Below, piece by piece: positions 1 to 13,935 of a stretch of DNA of 64,000 nt. The first letter of the stretch is position 1, and the number at the start of each line of letters is the position of its first letter. The notes beneath the pieces were generated by a model that saw nothing but the letters and a program-made list of their open reading frames with translations, was not told the origin of the DNA and searched no databases. The position numbers and the translations under genes are program-made. Source of the DNA: Octopus vulgaris (lineage: Eukaryota); assembly GCA_951406725.2 (NCBI GenBank), contig OX597823.1:114142001-114206000 (forward strand). The letters are read 5' to 3'.

Positions 1-1949
1 ACAGTTGGATGATATATATTTCTAGATCAATGAAACGTTGATGGAGATAACGTGGCAAAAATATTATCATGCACGATATTTTGAAAGGTTTTTCGTCCTT
101 ATTCCCAGGAATACTTTCTCAGCAACTCATTATATCTGTCGACCCGTATATAAGTACCTTGTTATGTGGTTGCACTTAAAGAATATAACTGATTTTGGTG
201 AGACCTATTTCTTTTAAAATTTACGAAAAAAATTATTTTATCATTTAGTGGAACGTATCAAATATTTATTAACGCTTTGAAAAACATTATTTGAGAATTA
301 ATTAATATCGTTGTTGGGGTTCACTTTACTAGTCATAGTTTTATATCCGTGGTAACGGATTCTGTTATTTTCATACGAAGGTTGTTTTTGTTCTTCGTTT
401 GTTTTACGTAAAGTCAAAATGTCTCAGCAGATTAAAGAAATTCTGCTATTTATTTAGTATCACATGGAATTAAGAAAAAACATCAAAGATAATTAGAGTA
501 AAATTAATATAATTATTCTGTCAGCGTTTCATGTTGCTTTTCAATTTAAATTTTTGCTTTGTTATAACGAAATCTGTTGTTACAGTCGCTTGCTCAGCGA
601 TGTTGTGATTGTTATCTCTGTACTGGCGTCTGATATTTTTATCATTCTATACTACAAGTTTAAAATACTCCAAAATTAAACAAAGCTTGAGTAAAGAACA
701 AATAAAATAAAGATAATTATATTCAAACAGTTTCGTGCTGAGATGACAGCACTTAAAAAATATGATTAGCGAAAGATTTCAGTTTCCAGATATAGACAAG
801 GAGCTTTTGTCATATGTTAACTGTATCAATTATCACGACTGTCAACCTTTTCCTCATCGACGTTTCCATTAGAATTTCTACAATGTTTCAATGTTGTTGT
901 TGTTGATCACATCGTAGTTGATGAAATTTAAATAGTTTATTCCGCCTACATGTCATTTCAATCAAACTGAATATTTTTAATGACTGACGCAAGTCACCCA
1001 GGGACGTCATCTGCACGAAAAAACATTAGTTGAATGATTACTTTCGAACAAGACAGGTAAATAGCAATCTGATTTGTTTCCCCTGCCAGCCTCGATTAGA
1101 TTTAGACACTCAGTTAACATTTTTCTCTCCTCATCACAATAAAGAGAGCTATGTCTAGCTAATTATTTATTGTCCATAACTACATTGGATATGTTAATAC
1201 AGACGTAGCTAAAAAATGTTATTTATTGTAATTCGATAAAATTAAAAGCCACATGGGGATGGAATCACTGAACTTTAGCTGTACTTACCACCACACGATA
1301 TTAAGCAACAGAAATTATCACAATAAACAGCCATTTGAATAAATATATCCATGAATGTTCTCTAATACATAATGTACTTTACCGTAAATCATTCTGTCAT
1401 GGAGCAGCTGAATCCTCTTGCTGGTTCTAATATCTACAATGTTCTAGAATCTACTTGAACACCTTCAGATATTGTGTACACAAGTTAAACGTTGTGTAAT
1501 CAGATCCAACGTTATGTATTTCATTGACTTTGTGGGATGACTGGTCAATTCTACATGGCTCGTAAATATGGTCAACAGATATCAAATTCTCTGGAAATAC
1601 TACTTAGGTAGACTAGTGTTATTTCCATGGTAAATTAATACTATTTTACTTGTTAAATACAACTGTTCGAAATTAAATATTTTAAAGAACTATTGTGAAC
1701 TAAGGAACCATATTGATATAATATAGTGTTCCGCACAAGACGCCTTGAGGTGGTCAGAGATGTTTCTTTACCAAAATCCGTTTTAGATTTCATACACCAT
1801 GTGTCGATAATATAAAGAGCTGCTCAAGCACTGGGGGTGGGGTTCATCATAATAGAGCTACTCTGTCGCTCAGAATGTGTACCCTGCCTTTTTAAAGATT
1901 CTAAATCATGGTGAGCTATCTTACTAAGTAGGTATACGGTGTGGAAAAA

Positions 1950-2200
1950 AATTAGGCATTTCCAATGTGTCACGTAATCATTCCATCAGCAGGATTACTA
2001 GTGGACCTATTCTGGAAAAATTCGGACATATATAGGAAAAATTGTGGACGTATACTGAACAAATTGAATCAATGAATGTGGGGTATCTGAAGTTTACCAA
2101 TAATATTAGGGTTCAGTAAATATGCGTGTTTTATTGTTTGATCCATACTGGACTTTAACACGAAGGACTAAAGACACAATCTATGAAACAGCGATTAATC
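1950..2200 (+). pseudogene. Highly degraded DNA-transposase fragment (Chapaev3-like CGDLK...GFxKYxCF region)
   Basis: Frameshifted manual translation gives AYSGK..., ILNKLN, CGxLK and IILGFSKYACF, resembling the GDLKV...LGxQxGFTKYxCFLC motif. Family assignment is from memory. Confidence 0.3.
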
Positions 2201-2321
2201 TGATACAAAATCCAAATTATACTGTCTAACATGAGATATGAGATGCTGATTAAATAACTATGTTGATGAAATTATTAAAATGATTTTTTAGCGAACCAAT
2301 AGTGTACATACTTCAAAGATA

Positions 2322-2359
<38 letters not shown>

Positions 2360-3453
2360 TACCAATTATATACGTTTTTATTTATTTTTTTGCAATTTAC
2401 TGAATCATTAGTTTTTATTGTTATTTTAATTTAATATTTATATTATATGTAATTTTCTAGATGGTGTAATTTAACTGTTCATTTTGAATTGATAAAAGGT
2501 ATTTTTTTCTAATTTTTATATATATATATTATATTGTGTGAAATTTGATTTAGTATTTCCAAATTGAATTTTTTTTTCCCTGTAAGTTAGGATTAATATT
2601 CCCTCAAATAATTATTATATATATATAAACGAATAGGAAATCTATCAAAATCGTATCGTACTTGATTATTATGCTTTCTGAATTTCTTCATTCCCTAAAT
2701 TAATGAAGGAATTCTAAAATAGTTTCAACCATATTACTGATGCTTAGAATACCAGTCAAAATAATGAAACGTTCTCAAAACAGATATTGAATGTATATTA
2801 TCTTTTGGCATAATCTAGCATTACATATTTCAGTTAATGTCCTGGTTTCATTGTCTGCTTTAATCATATATATCAAATGACCAAGTTGCTCAAATATATC
2901 TTGTTTGTAGACGTCAAAGAAGATGGTGTTCACTTCAACATGTCCGTCACTAACATTAGAAATAGTGGCGGAAATAATTGTGTACTTATTGTTCATCACA
3001 TTAAGTTGTTTGATAGAAAACACAGCGGATCATCTGTTTGATTGATAGTGAATTTCATCGTAAGACGTTGCAGATAATTTATTATCTGAATAGATATTTG
3101 AAGACACTAATAGAATGACCTTATCGATGGGGGAACCGAAACTAAAATCATATATAAGGAGAAAAAAAGATACAGATTGAGTGTGGAGAAAGAGAGAAAA
3201 GCAAAAATGAGAAAAGAGAAAAAAAAAAGATTAAGAAGAAAACGAAACGAAATCAAAAGGAAGAGGAAGTAACAGGAATAAATAGATACTTAAATAAATA
3301 GCATGTATGCAATATATATCAGAAGAGTAATCTCTGTTCACATTTATCAGCCAGTGAATATGATATGACAAGTCATTAACAGGAGATATAGAGATATATC
3401 ACAAGAAAGAAAACAAGTGTACAATATATAATAATAATAATAACAACAACAAC

Positions 3454-3515
<62 letters not shown>

Positions 3516-3744
3516 TCTGGATAGTGTAATTGATATGAACGCACGATATTATTTGGTAATACGATACAAAACTTACTTGATGTTGCGCTTTCAATCTGCA
3601 TTGAAATTATCCAAGTCTATTGATGCCAACACCGTTTCAATAGATTCTTCAGAAATTGCGACACTGCAACATTGCGGCAACATACAACAACATATCATAA
3701 CTTTAATCTCTTACCACACACCGTTACAAAACTAATATAAGTCA

Positions 3745-3794
<50 letters not shown>

Positions 3795-4436
3795 CAGTAT
3801 GCTACATAAAAGAAAAAAATACGAGATTAAGGACATCTTATTACTAGATGATGGAATAGAACGTTATATGGAATTTTCACATAGAAACTAAGAATAAATC
3901 TCTAGATGGAACTTCTCTTGTGAGGATTTTTATGTTTTTTTTGTCTTTGTTTTGTTTTTGTTTTTTTGTTTTTTTGTTTTTTTTTACTTTTTCTCTCACT
4001 TTTTACTCCAGCAACAGTAACTTTATATTTCGCTCCGTATCATTGGCTTAGTACCGTTCTTTAGTCTCCTTTATACATATTTCTGATTGCATGTTTCGGT
4101 AAATCCACATATGCATGTACAGACACATACACGCACAAATACACACACACACACACACCAATGCACACACAAACACAAAACTCGTACGCACTCACACACT
4201 CATATGTGTACGTATTTACGGATATCTTTGTACGTGTGCCTACTTCCGCATATATATGCGTGAGTGTTTTGTGTGTGCGTGTTTGTGTGTGCCTGTGTGT
4301 ATGTATGTGTCTGTGTGTGTTTGTATATATATATATATATATATACATTTATATAAATGAGTGTCTAACGACCTACCTACTTCCCTGCCTGCCTATCTAC
4401 CTCCATAATACATACACACATACATACATACATACA

Positions 4437-4469
<33 letters not shown>

Positions 4470-5586
4470 TGATATACACACATTATATATTGGTGTCTTG
4501 TATATATATTAATCTTTTAGCGTAGACGAAATGCAATGCCCATGACCTGTTAAAATGCGTCCGTGGTTGATGGTAGGCGGGAAGAGAGCATACTGCTAAC
4601 AGAAGCTTGACGCGAAATCTCGCAACAGAGTGGACTTCGCTAAGGGCATTGGAAATGAGAGTAGTTAGCGTTGGGAAGTGAGAGGTGTTAACCTTGGGAA
4701 TGAGATAAATCAAACATCCATGTATGCTATGGTTGAATTTGAACACAGAACACAAACCGCTACACCAAACACCATGAAGCATCTGGTCCAAGGCTCTGAC
4801 ATTTCCGACAACTCAGTGCCTTGGCTGCATCGACGCCGACAGGTTTTCTACGCCTAGACTGGAGAATTGGAACCAATATCTTAAGGCATTGTATGCGATG
4901 ATTTATCGACCCCTCCAGTTCAGCTACGTCCCTACGGGTATATCTGTGTAATCCATTCTTAGCAATCATGTTTACCTTTTGCTTTAGGTAACGTAAACCT
5001 TCACTGTTTGTGATATACTTACTTTACTAGAGTCATTTTTATCGTCTAAATAATATAATACTATTGGGACCAAAGGGAGATATCATATCTAAGAATAGAT
5101 TCCGTGAAATGTCGCTACAACATTGTATGATATGTAAATATTTATAAAACATTATATTCGTATATAGAACAGGACGCTAAAATACAAGTGTTTCGGTATT
5201 TTACACAGCAGCTTTTTTTATGTAATATTTATTTTAATAAAGTTTGGAACATAATCAAATTGTATGATGTTACTGCGTGTTTGAACACAATATGACTTAA
5301 TACCCTAATGGTACAATACAATATCATGCAGTCATATCAGTTTATACTATTACAAACCATGATATGAGATCGTACCAAAACGGCATATTATGACATAATA
5401 CTTCGTACAACGTACTGTGATGGTGTATTCATTCGTAGCCTCTCACAATAATCATATGATATCCTTTCACAATAGGACATACATGACTTCGTACCATAGT
5501 TGGAGATATAACGAACTACTGATCGGCATTTTTGCATAATGTCATCGACTATCGTCTGTAGATAGTCATTAGACCTGCTAGTAATA

Positions 5587-5813
5587 CCTATTTCTTTACT
5601 ACCCACAAGGGGCTAAACACAGAGAGGACAAACAAGGACAGACAAACGGATTAAGTCGATTATATCAACCCCGGTGCGTAACTGGTACTTATTTAAGCGA
5701 CCCCGAAAGGCAAAGTCGACCTCGGCGAAATTTGAACTCAGAACGTAGCGGCAGACGAAATACCGCTAAGCATTTCGGTCGGCGTGCTAACGATTCTGCC
5801 AGCTCGCCGCCTT
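5587..5813 (-). mobile_element. tRNA-derived SINE family A (head AAGGCGGCGAGCTGGCAGA), full length with TSD
   Basis: A/B-box-like head and GCCTTT...CGGGGTCG core, with several near-identical copies in the window. TSD CCTGCTAGTAA starts at 5574 and 5814. Confidence 0.9.
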
Positions 5814-6790
5814 CCTGCTAGTAAAACTATTCAAATATAGATACAATGAAATAAGAAATCGACGGTCATAAGTGAAAGTATCTTTCATGAGTAAATTCTA
5901 AATGTTAATGCTATGAACGATATAGATTCCTGAGAATACTTAGAATTGAATTTTGGGCTAATATCGATCCCAATATATTTTTTTTATTGATCTCAGAAAG
6001 ATAAGACACAGCCAGCAAGAGTAGATTCGATTAGATTAGTGTCCCCGAACTGACTAATTGCAATCCCACTCGACCAAACAATTATTTTAATTTTAGGCAT
6101 GGCAAGGTGTCTTCTTCGCTTTCAACAACTGCAAATCCGCCGAAGGACACTTGTGATAAATATTTGAGTAGATCAGCCCTGTATTCAACTTGTACTTGTT
6201 TCAAAAATATGCAACGTTTTGCTACCATTTGAACACAGGAGTTGAACTAAAGACCGCAGCTTGCAATTGTGGCAAACTATCGACAACACTAACCGTGCTA
6301 GCAAAACTTTGAGAACACAGCAGAATATTGACAACTTTTCAGATAAATGTGACAAAAGTTAGAATTTACTTCAAACAATTAAACGATAAGAACTGTCCAA
6401 AATGGCAAGAAATGTTAGACAAAGTCTAAAATATACTGACGTTTGGTAAGTTGTAAATCTTCAAAGATAAGGTTCAAATAAGGTATGGATTTAATGGACA
6501 GTTGACAGGGTGGATGAGAAGGTAGTGGTAGTATGATGATGGTGTTGTTGGTAGGAAAGGTCATGTTGGTAGGAAAGGTCATGTTGGTGGCAGTAGTGAT
6601 AATAGCAGTAGTAGTTTAAGTTGTCATGGCGGTGGTGTATATAGTGATTTTAATCAAGGAAATGAATGGCGTGATTAGCAATGATGATGATGATGATGAT
6701 GACGATGATGATGATGATGGCGGTTGTGGTGGAGTGGGAATGGCAATCTTGGCGTTGGCAGTAGTAATAGCAGCAGCAGCAGCAGTAGTG

Positions 6791-6848
<58 letters not shown>

Positions 6849-6924
6849 CAGCAGTAGTAGCAGAATTTGAACCTGAAGATCTCCATTTCCAGCGACTTCG
6901 AGGGCCACCTCCCAGTAGTGTCGG

Positions 6925-6987
6925 GCAGACGAAATACCGCTACGCATTTCGCCCGGCGTGCTAACGTTTCTGCCAGCTCGCCGCCTT
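6925..6987 (-). mobile_element. SINE family A head fragment
   Basis: Matches the first ~63 nt of the family A copies. Confidence 0.8.
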
Positions 6988-7350
6988 AAATATATATATG
7001 TTCTACTCAACATTACCGGAAAGATCATCTATCTTCGCTGGGTTGTTCGGTGCATTGTCAAGATGAAGGTTCACCAATTTTATAGAAAATTCGTCCCTTT
7101 CACTTCTGACTTAAAACATAAATACACAGAAACACTCATTCATACACAAACACTCACAACACACACACACACACACACATACACTAAAGTACCCTGATAC
7201 ACACATAGATATATATACTCATGAACACACATTCCTTTGCATGCATGCTGAGATCTGTTGTGGCCAGCTGAATTTAAAAGTTGCTGGTTTGATAGTAGGG
7301 ATGATGTGGGTTGCATTGGTTGAGACATTAGTGTATATGTATATATACTT

Positions 7351-7389
<39 letters not shown>

Positions 7390-7479
7390 TATACCTACAT
7401 ACATATATGTGTGTGTGTGTGTACATATAAGAGTGAAAACAACTATTAAATACTTGGGAGCACTTTTCTAACACTAATG

Positions 7480-7521
<42 letters not shown>

Positions 7522-7558
7522 GTATGTATATGTATGTATGTATGTATATTTATGTATT

Positions 7559-7589
<31 letters not shown>

Positions 7590-7639
7590 ATATATATGTG
7601 TGTGTGTGTGTCTGTGCATTAGAGGGTTAGCAAGTGAAA

Positions 7640-9111
7640 GCAAGTGGTTGGATGTATAAATGACAAAATAGAGTGAAAAAACTACAGAAGACTTGTGTTA
7701 TATGGTTAAAGAATATATTGAAATCGTTACGTTACGAAAATGTTATAAAATGTTGTGTAAAGAAACATTGTCTTTGGAGAAATAACTGGTTCATATTTTC
7801 TTTTCAAATTTCTCAAATTTCTTTATCGATCTTGTGTCATCTCTTCGCTGTAAAGTGGAGTATGAGAGTTCCAGGCAAGGGAAGGTAATCAGGGAATTTT
7901 TCGGTATAAGGGAAATAATCAAAAAAGTTGGGAATGACTAGGTTTTATTAACTTAACATGATTTGGTTTAGAAAAAATAGAATGTTAGAAGTGGTTAAGA
8001 TTTGATTTATATTTTTTTCAAAGAGGTAAATTTCCTTATTTAAAATTGTTAGAAATGGTTATGTTTTGGCTTATATTTTCAATGAAGTAGCTTTCCTTAT
8101 TTAATCTAACTTGAGTTGGTGTTCCAATGGCAGATTGATAAAATGGAAAGATTACAATTTGTGGTACCAGTTGCTTTGCGCATTTCTCGATCTGTGCACT
8201 AAAGGGTATCATTCTGTATTCTGGGAATACAATCTGCTGTCGGTGTAGAGTGCATCTGCGTCTGAGCGATAATCCCGTGGACCCTGTGTAGTTTTGGTTG
8301 CAGCCCGAGCATCTTATAGCATAAATGAGGTTTTCTTAGGCACAAGTAAAGTCAGATTTGATTTTACATTTTGTCCCTCATTGAAAAGGAATTCTAATCT
8401 TTCTAGAAGGTTTGGGCATGTTGCGCAATTTGGTCGACCACATTTCTTCACTGTTGCGTCCGTTATTTTAGAAAATAATTCTGCCTTTGTGATGATCTTT
8501 TTTTAGTAATTTCGTTTGTTTGTGGCTTTTAATGATCTTATGCGTGTGTAAAATTTCCTTTAATTTGAGGTCCTTATGTAGCATTGGTACATTTTGGGTG
8601 ACGATGGTGAGGGCTAGGTTTGCATTTAAAGTTTGTTAAAAGCTCAATTTCTTTGGTTGTCGGTTCTTTTCCATGGGTTTTAGATAGTGAGGACAGGGTT
8701 TTCATTATGTTTTCTTTATTTTTGAGGGATTTAATTTGTGAACTCTTCGTAATATAGACTGTTATTCAGCATGGAGATTACTAGATTTCTATAGTATAAT
8801 GCGTCCATTACTACCACTGCACTTCCTTTATCTCCTACTTTAATCGTTATATCTTCGTCGTTTTAACGATCTGTGAGCTCATTCCCGTGAGTAGTCTGTT
8901 AACTGAATGGTGTGGTAGGGAAAGTTTTCAATGTGGTTGCAGAATTCATCAGTATTCTTATTTCTTCCTTTGTGAGTAATATCTTCACTTTTGTTTTTGA
9001 CTAGTGGGTCATTTTCAGTATTGCAATTGGTTAATGCCTCTGTGAGTCTTAATTTTCTACAGAATTCTATTATACTCTCCTTATATTTATATGACTGATT
9101 ATCACAGATAA
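7640..9111 (-). mobile_element. Degraded, internally deleted Penelope-like retroelement (Neptune-type) retaining the GIY-YIG endonuclease
   Basis: Minus translation of ~8500-8080 gives KKCGRPNCATCP...FTCA*ENLIYAIRCSGCNQNYTGSTGLSLRRRCTLH (Cys motif plus GIY-YIG). 9110-8880 gives EFCRKLRL...DEFCNHIENFP, a PLE N-terminal-like region. No RT core is visible between them. The left boundary is approximate. Confidence 0.8.
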
Positions 9112-9137
9112 TTAGATAGATAGACGGATAGATAGAC

Positions 9138-9207
<70 letters not shown>
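9112..9207. repeat. (GATA)n microsatellite abutting the 5' end of the PLE remnant
   Basis: Direct read. Confidence 0.95.
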
Positions 9208-9208
<1 letters not shown>

Positions 9209-9497
9209 AAGTTTATTATATAAGCATAAGAATATATTTGTATGCAGCATTTATTCGAGAGAGGCATAGAAAAATATGAAAAAACAAGAAGGTAGGAGTA
9301 AGATAAATATAAAAATATGAAAAAAGAAAAAGAGGTGCTAAACATTTAAGGAAATGACACCTTTATTACAGAAGTTGGTACTTTGTTTCCGGTTACGTAA
9401 CATATTGAATTTTAATCCCTATATCTATCACGCTATTTCGCATTTATATCATAGAATTTAATTCAGAAATTTATTACAAACATACATATACAATGTA

Positions 9498-9556
<59 letters not shown>

Positions 9557-9599
9557 GGAGAAAGACAGAGACAGAGAGAGAGAAAGTAAGAAATATATA

Positions 9600-9645
<46 letters not shown>

Positions 9646-10466
9646 TATAGATGTGAGTGCGTGTGTGTGTGGAATTGCACGCAAAATTATATTATATACG
9701 CGTACGTATAATTTTGTTACCTATTTTTGTACTATGTCCTTAATTTCTATTTGCAAAATGTTGCGTGAATCAAAATTATACATTTGTATTTTATTTCGAG
9801 TTTCTTTCAGAGCAGCGCTTGTTATTTATTTGTGTTTTCATTTTTCACTGAATGAATCTCTTTTATTACGTAAAATTTATTAAATTCCCACTGACAGTGT
9901 TAAATGAAATTTTGGTGGGGGGAAATTTTTAATATATTTATCATATCAACTACTAACATAAGACATACATAGGAGATAAAGTATTTAGAGGAAGTAACCT
10001 CGATGACTTCATAGTATGAAATACGAGAAAATCTCCTTATTGAACGGCATATGTATATGATAGATGCAAAGTAGTGATGTCACGATGACCTCAAATCTCT
10101 GCAAGTGACTGTGATATATATAATTCGACCTTTGAAACATTGCATTAAATATATTAATTCTCACTGTAATATCTTTAATACATTCACACATATATGTGTG
10201 GTTGAGTGTATTTGAATATGGTGGAAAGAGACGGGGAGAGGAAGGGGAGGGCTTGCATGTAAATTATGTATATTTAAATATAGCCGTTATCCAATGCACA
10301 ATACCAAAGGACGTTCACTGAATAAATGACATAATGCATATTTAGAATGTAATATATATTATAATTTGATATGTAGTGTTGGTTCGTTGAAACTACGTGT
10401 GGATGTGTATTTATATGTATACATTCACGTCCATGTCGCGTATGTATCGGTGTTTCTATGTGTTAT

Positions 10467-10528
<62 letters not shown>

Positions 10529-10934
10529 TGTAGTGTGGTTGAATGGTTATCAAGTTGGCTTAGCGTCAATGAGCACCAGATTCGATCCAACTGTGTGGTA
10601 TTTTGAGCAAATGTCATTTCCTATGCCCTACAATTGCCCCATGCTTTGAGAGTGAAATTTTGAAGACGAAAATAGTTCAGAAGTCTGTCTAGCTGATAGC
10701 AACAGTCATTGAAATGGTATATCTTTGTCCCATACTGTGTCACACGTATTCTGCCAAACAATTCTGTGAGATGAATACTGGAATAATTTCCTGTTGCCTT
10801 CTCCTGGCGTGACCTACCAGTTAAGGTGTTACTCTCGCGATGGCAATATCACGGGTTTAATTTTCGGACCGGGTGGCACATTGTTCATTTCACGTCGCTC
10901 TTCGGGTAGTAGAGTGGTAAAATCGTTGGAGCAT

Positions 10935-11165
10935 CGGCGAGCTGACAGAATCGTTAGCATCCCGGGCAGAAAGCTTAGCGGTATTTTGTCTGTCTTTACG
11001 TTCTGAGTTCAAATTCCGCCGAGGTCGACTTTGCCTTTCATCCTTTCGGGGTCGATTAAATAAGTACAAGTTACGCACTAGGGTCGATATAATTGACTTA
11101 ATCCGTTTGTCTGTCCTTGTTTGTGCTCTCTGTGTTTAGCCTCTTGTGGGTAATAAAGAAATAGG
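10935..11165 (+). mobile_element. SINE family A
   Basis: Colinear with the reverse complement of 5587-5813. Ends AAAGAAATAGG. Confidence 0.9.
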
Positions 11166-11380
11166 TATACCTAATTGATTCTATATCCGGATGAAAAATG
11201 CGGGATTGATTACTTGAAACATAAAAGCGACAATTGTCTGCAGAATTTCATGTAAAGCCTAAGCGGATGTAAATCCACGAACGTAGTTTTGCGCTTTTTC
11301 TGTTGCTATCATCTCCAGCATCTTTTAAACGATAAAAAATATATATGATAATAATGAAATACATAAAGCAGAGAATACAG

Positions 11381-12133
<753 letters not shown>

Positions 12134-12566
12134 ACGCAGAGAGTGTATAATTATTATTGCATTTGTTGTTATCTAACTATAGGTCAACCCCAACGGAGCA
12201 GACAAGCAAGCAAATGTCTATCCGCGTATATACACAAATACACACCCGAACACCCACTGATGCGCGCACTGATGGTGGTGGTGATGGTGGTGGTGGTGGT
12301 GGTGGTGATGGTGGTGGTGGTGATGGTGGTGGTGGTGGTGGTAGCAGCAGCAATAACGGAAGCAGCAGCCATGGCAGCTCTATTACATCATCATCATCAT
12401 CATTACCATCATAATGACCAATATTATCAGTATTTCATGTAGTTTTAACTCAGTCAACACTTTTTCCTGACTACGGTACCTCCAATTTTTATAAAACTCT
12501 AAGAGTAATTATTTATACATACGTCCATAATGTATATATATATATATGTATGTATGTTTGTATATA

Positions 12567-12619
<53 letters not shown>

Positions 12620-12636
<17 letters not shown>

Positions 12637-13215
12637 GTATATAATATATATATATATAAATGTATATTTATATAAATGCCTCTCTCTATATATATACTAC
12701 TTACATATATCCATATGTGTATATGCATATATATATATATGCCTATATACATACGTATATATACATATATGTGTTTGTGTATTTAAACTTATATGTATAT
12801 ATACATACATATTGACACACACACACAAATATGCACATGTATACCTATATATGTATATGCATTGAAGTATTATACACATAAGTTATATATATATATACTT
12901 ATATATATATACATATATATATGTATGTATGTATGTTTGTATATAATATATATATATTTATAAATGTATATATATAAATGCCTCTCTCTATATATATACT
13001 ACTTACATATATACATATATGTATATGCATATATATATACGCCTATATACATACGTATAAATACATATATGTGTTTGTGTATATAAACTTATATGTATAT
13101 ATACATATATATCTATGCATATATATAAACACACACACAAATATGCACAGGTATACGTATATATGTATATGCATTGAAGTATTATACACATAAGTTATAT
13201 ATATATATATATACT

Positions 13216-13230
<15 letters not shown>
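12620..13230. repeat. ~300-310 bp tandem duplication of TA-rich compound microsatellite
   Basis: TGCCTCTCT occurs at 12677 and 12979; GAAGTATTATACACATAAG occurs at 12864 and 13176. Confidence 0.85.
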
Positions 13231-13284
<54 letters not shown>

Positions 13285-13700
13285 TTATATATAAGTTTAT
13301 ACATATACACATATATTTGCATACATATCTCTGTGTTTGTGTTTGTCTTTGTATGTGAGTGTGTGCGTGTCTTTAAGTGTGTAAGTATCTATGTATATAC
13401 GAAAGTTTTTTTTATTGAAAGTAATATATTTTGTTGTTAGTAATTTGTTTACATTAATAATGTATTTTGGAAACAGATAACCTTGCCAAACAGTGCAAAC
13501 TAAGCAAAACATGAAAAACCACAATTTAACTACAATGTTCAAATATTGATGGATTAAGAGAACTTAAAATTTTTATAGCGCTAATTTATATTTCTGCTAT
13601 AACCAATGAGTATTACTTTATAAGTCTAAACCTATCAGGAAGCCATTACGCGCTCAAATCTCTCACTAGAAGCAGCAGCCAAATCTCTCTGAAGTAAACT

Positions 13701-13935
13701 CCTATTTCTTTACAACCCACAAGGGGCTAAACACAGAAGGGACAAATAAGAACAGACAAACGGATTAAGTCGATTATATCGACCCCAGTGCGTAACTGGT
13801 ACTTATTTAATCGCCTCCAAAAGGATGAAAGGCAAAGTCGACCTCGGCGGAATTTGAACTCAGAATGTAGCGGCAGACGAAATACCGCAAAGCATTTCGC
13901 CCGGCGTGCTAACGTTTCTGCCAGCTCGTCGCCTT
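13701..13935 (-). mobile_element. SINE family A inserted in an older repeat
   Basis: Full-length match. TSD AAGTA(A/C)ACTCC starts at 13692 and 13936. Confidence 0.9.

Noticed and set aside
2775-3023. 82-aa ORF as a possible host exon
   Set aside because: No recognisable domain or supported splice structure.
3570-3610. Possible minus-strand micro-exon (TGCAG...GTAAGT)
   Set aside because: Only 19 nt, and such signals arise by chance without transcript data.
6860-6925. ~50-bp foreign segment between a SINE B-box remnant and the SINE head
   Set aside because: Single instance beside a (GTA)n tract, most likely a local rearrangement or assembly join.
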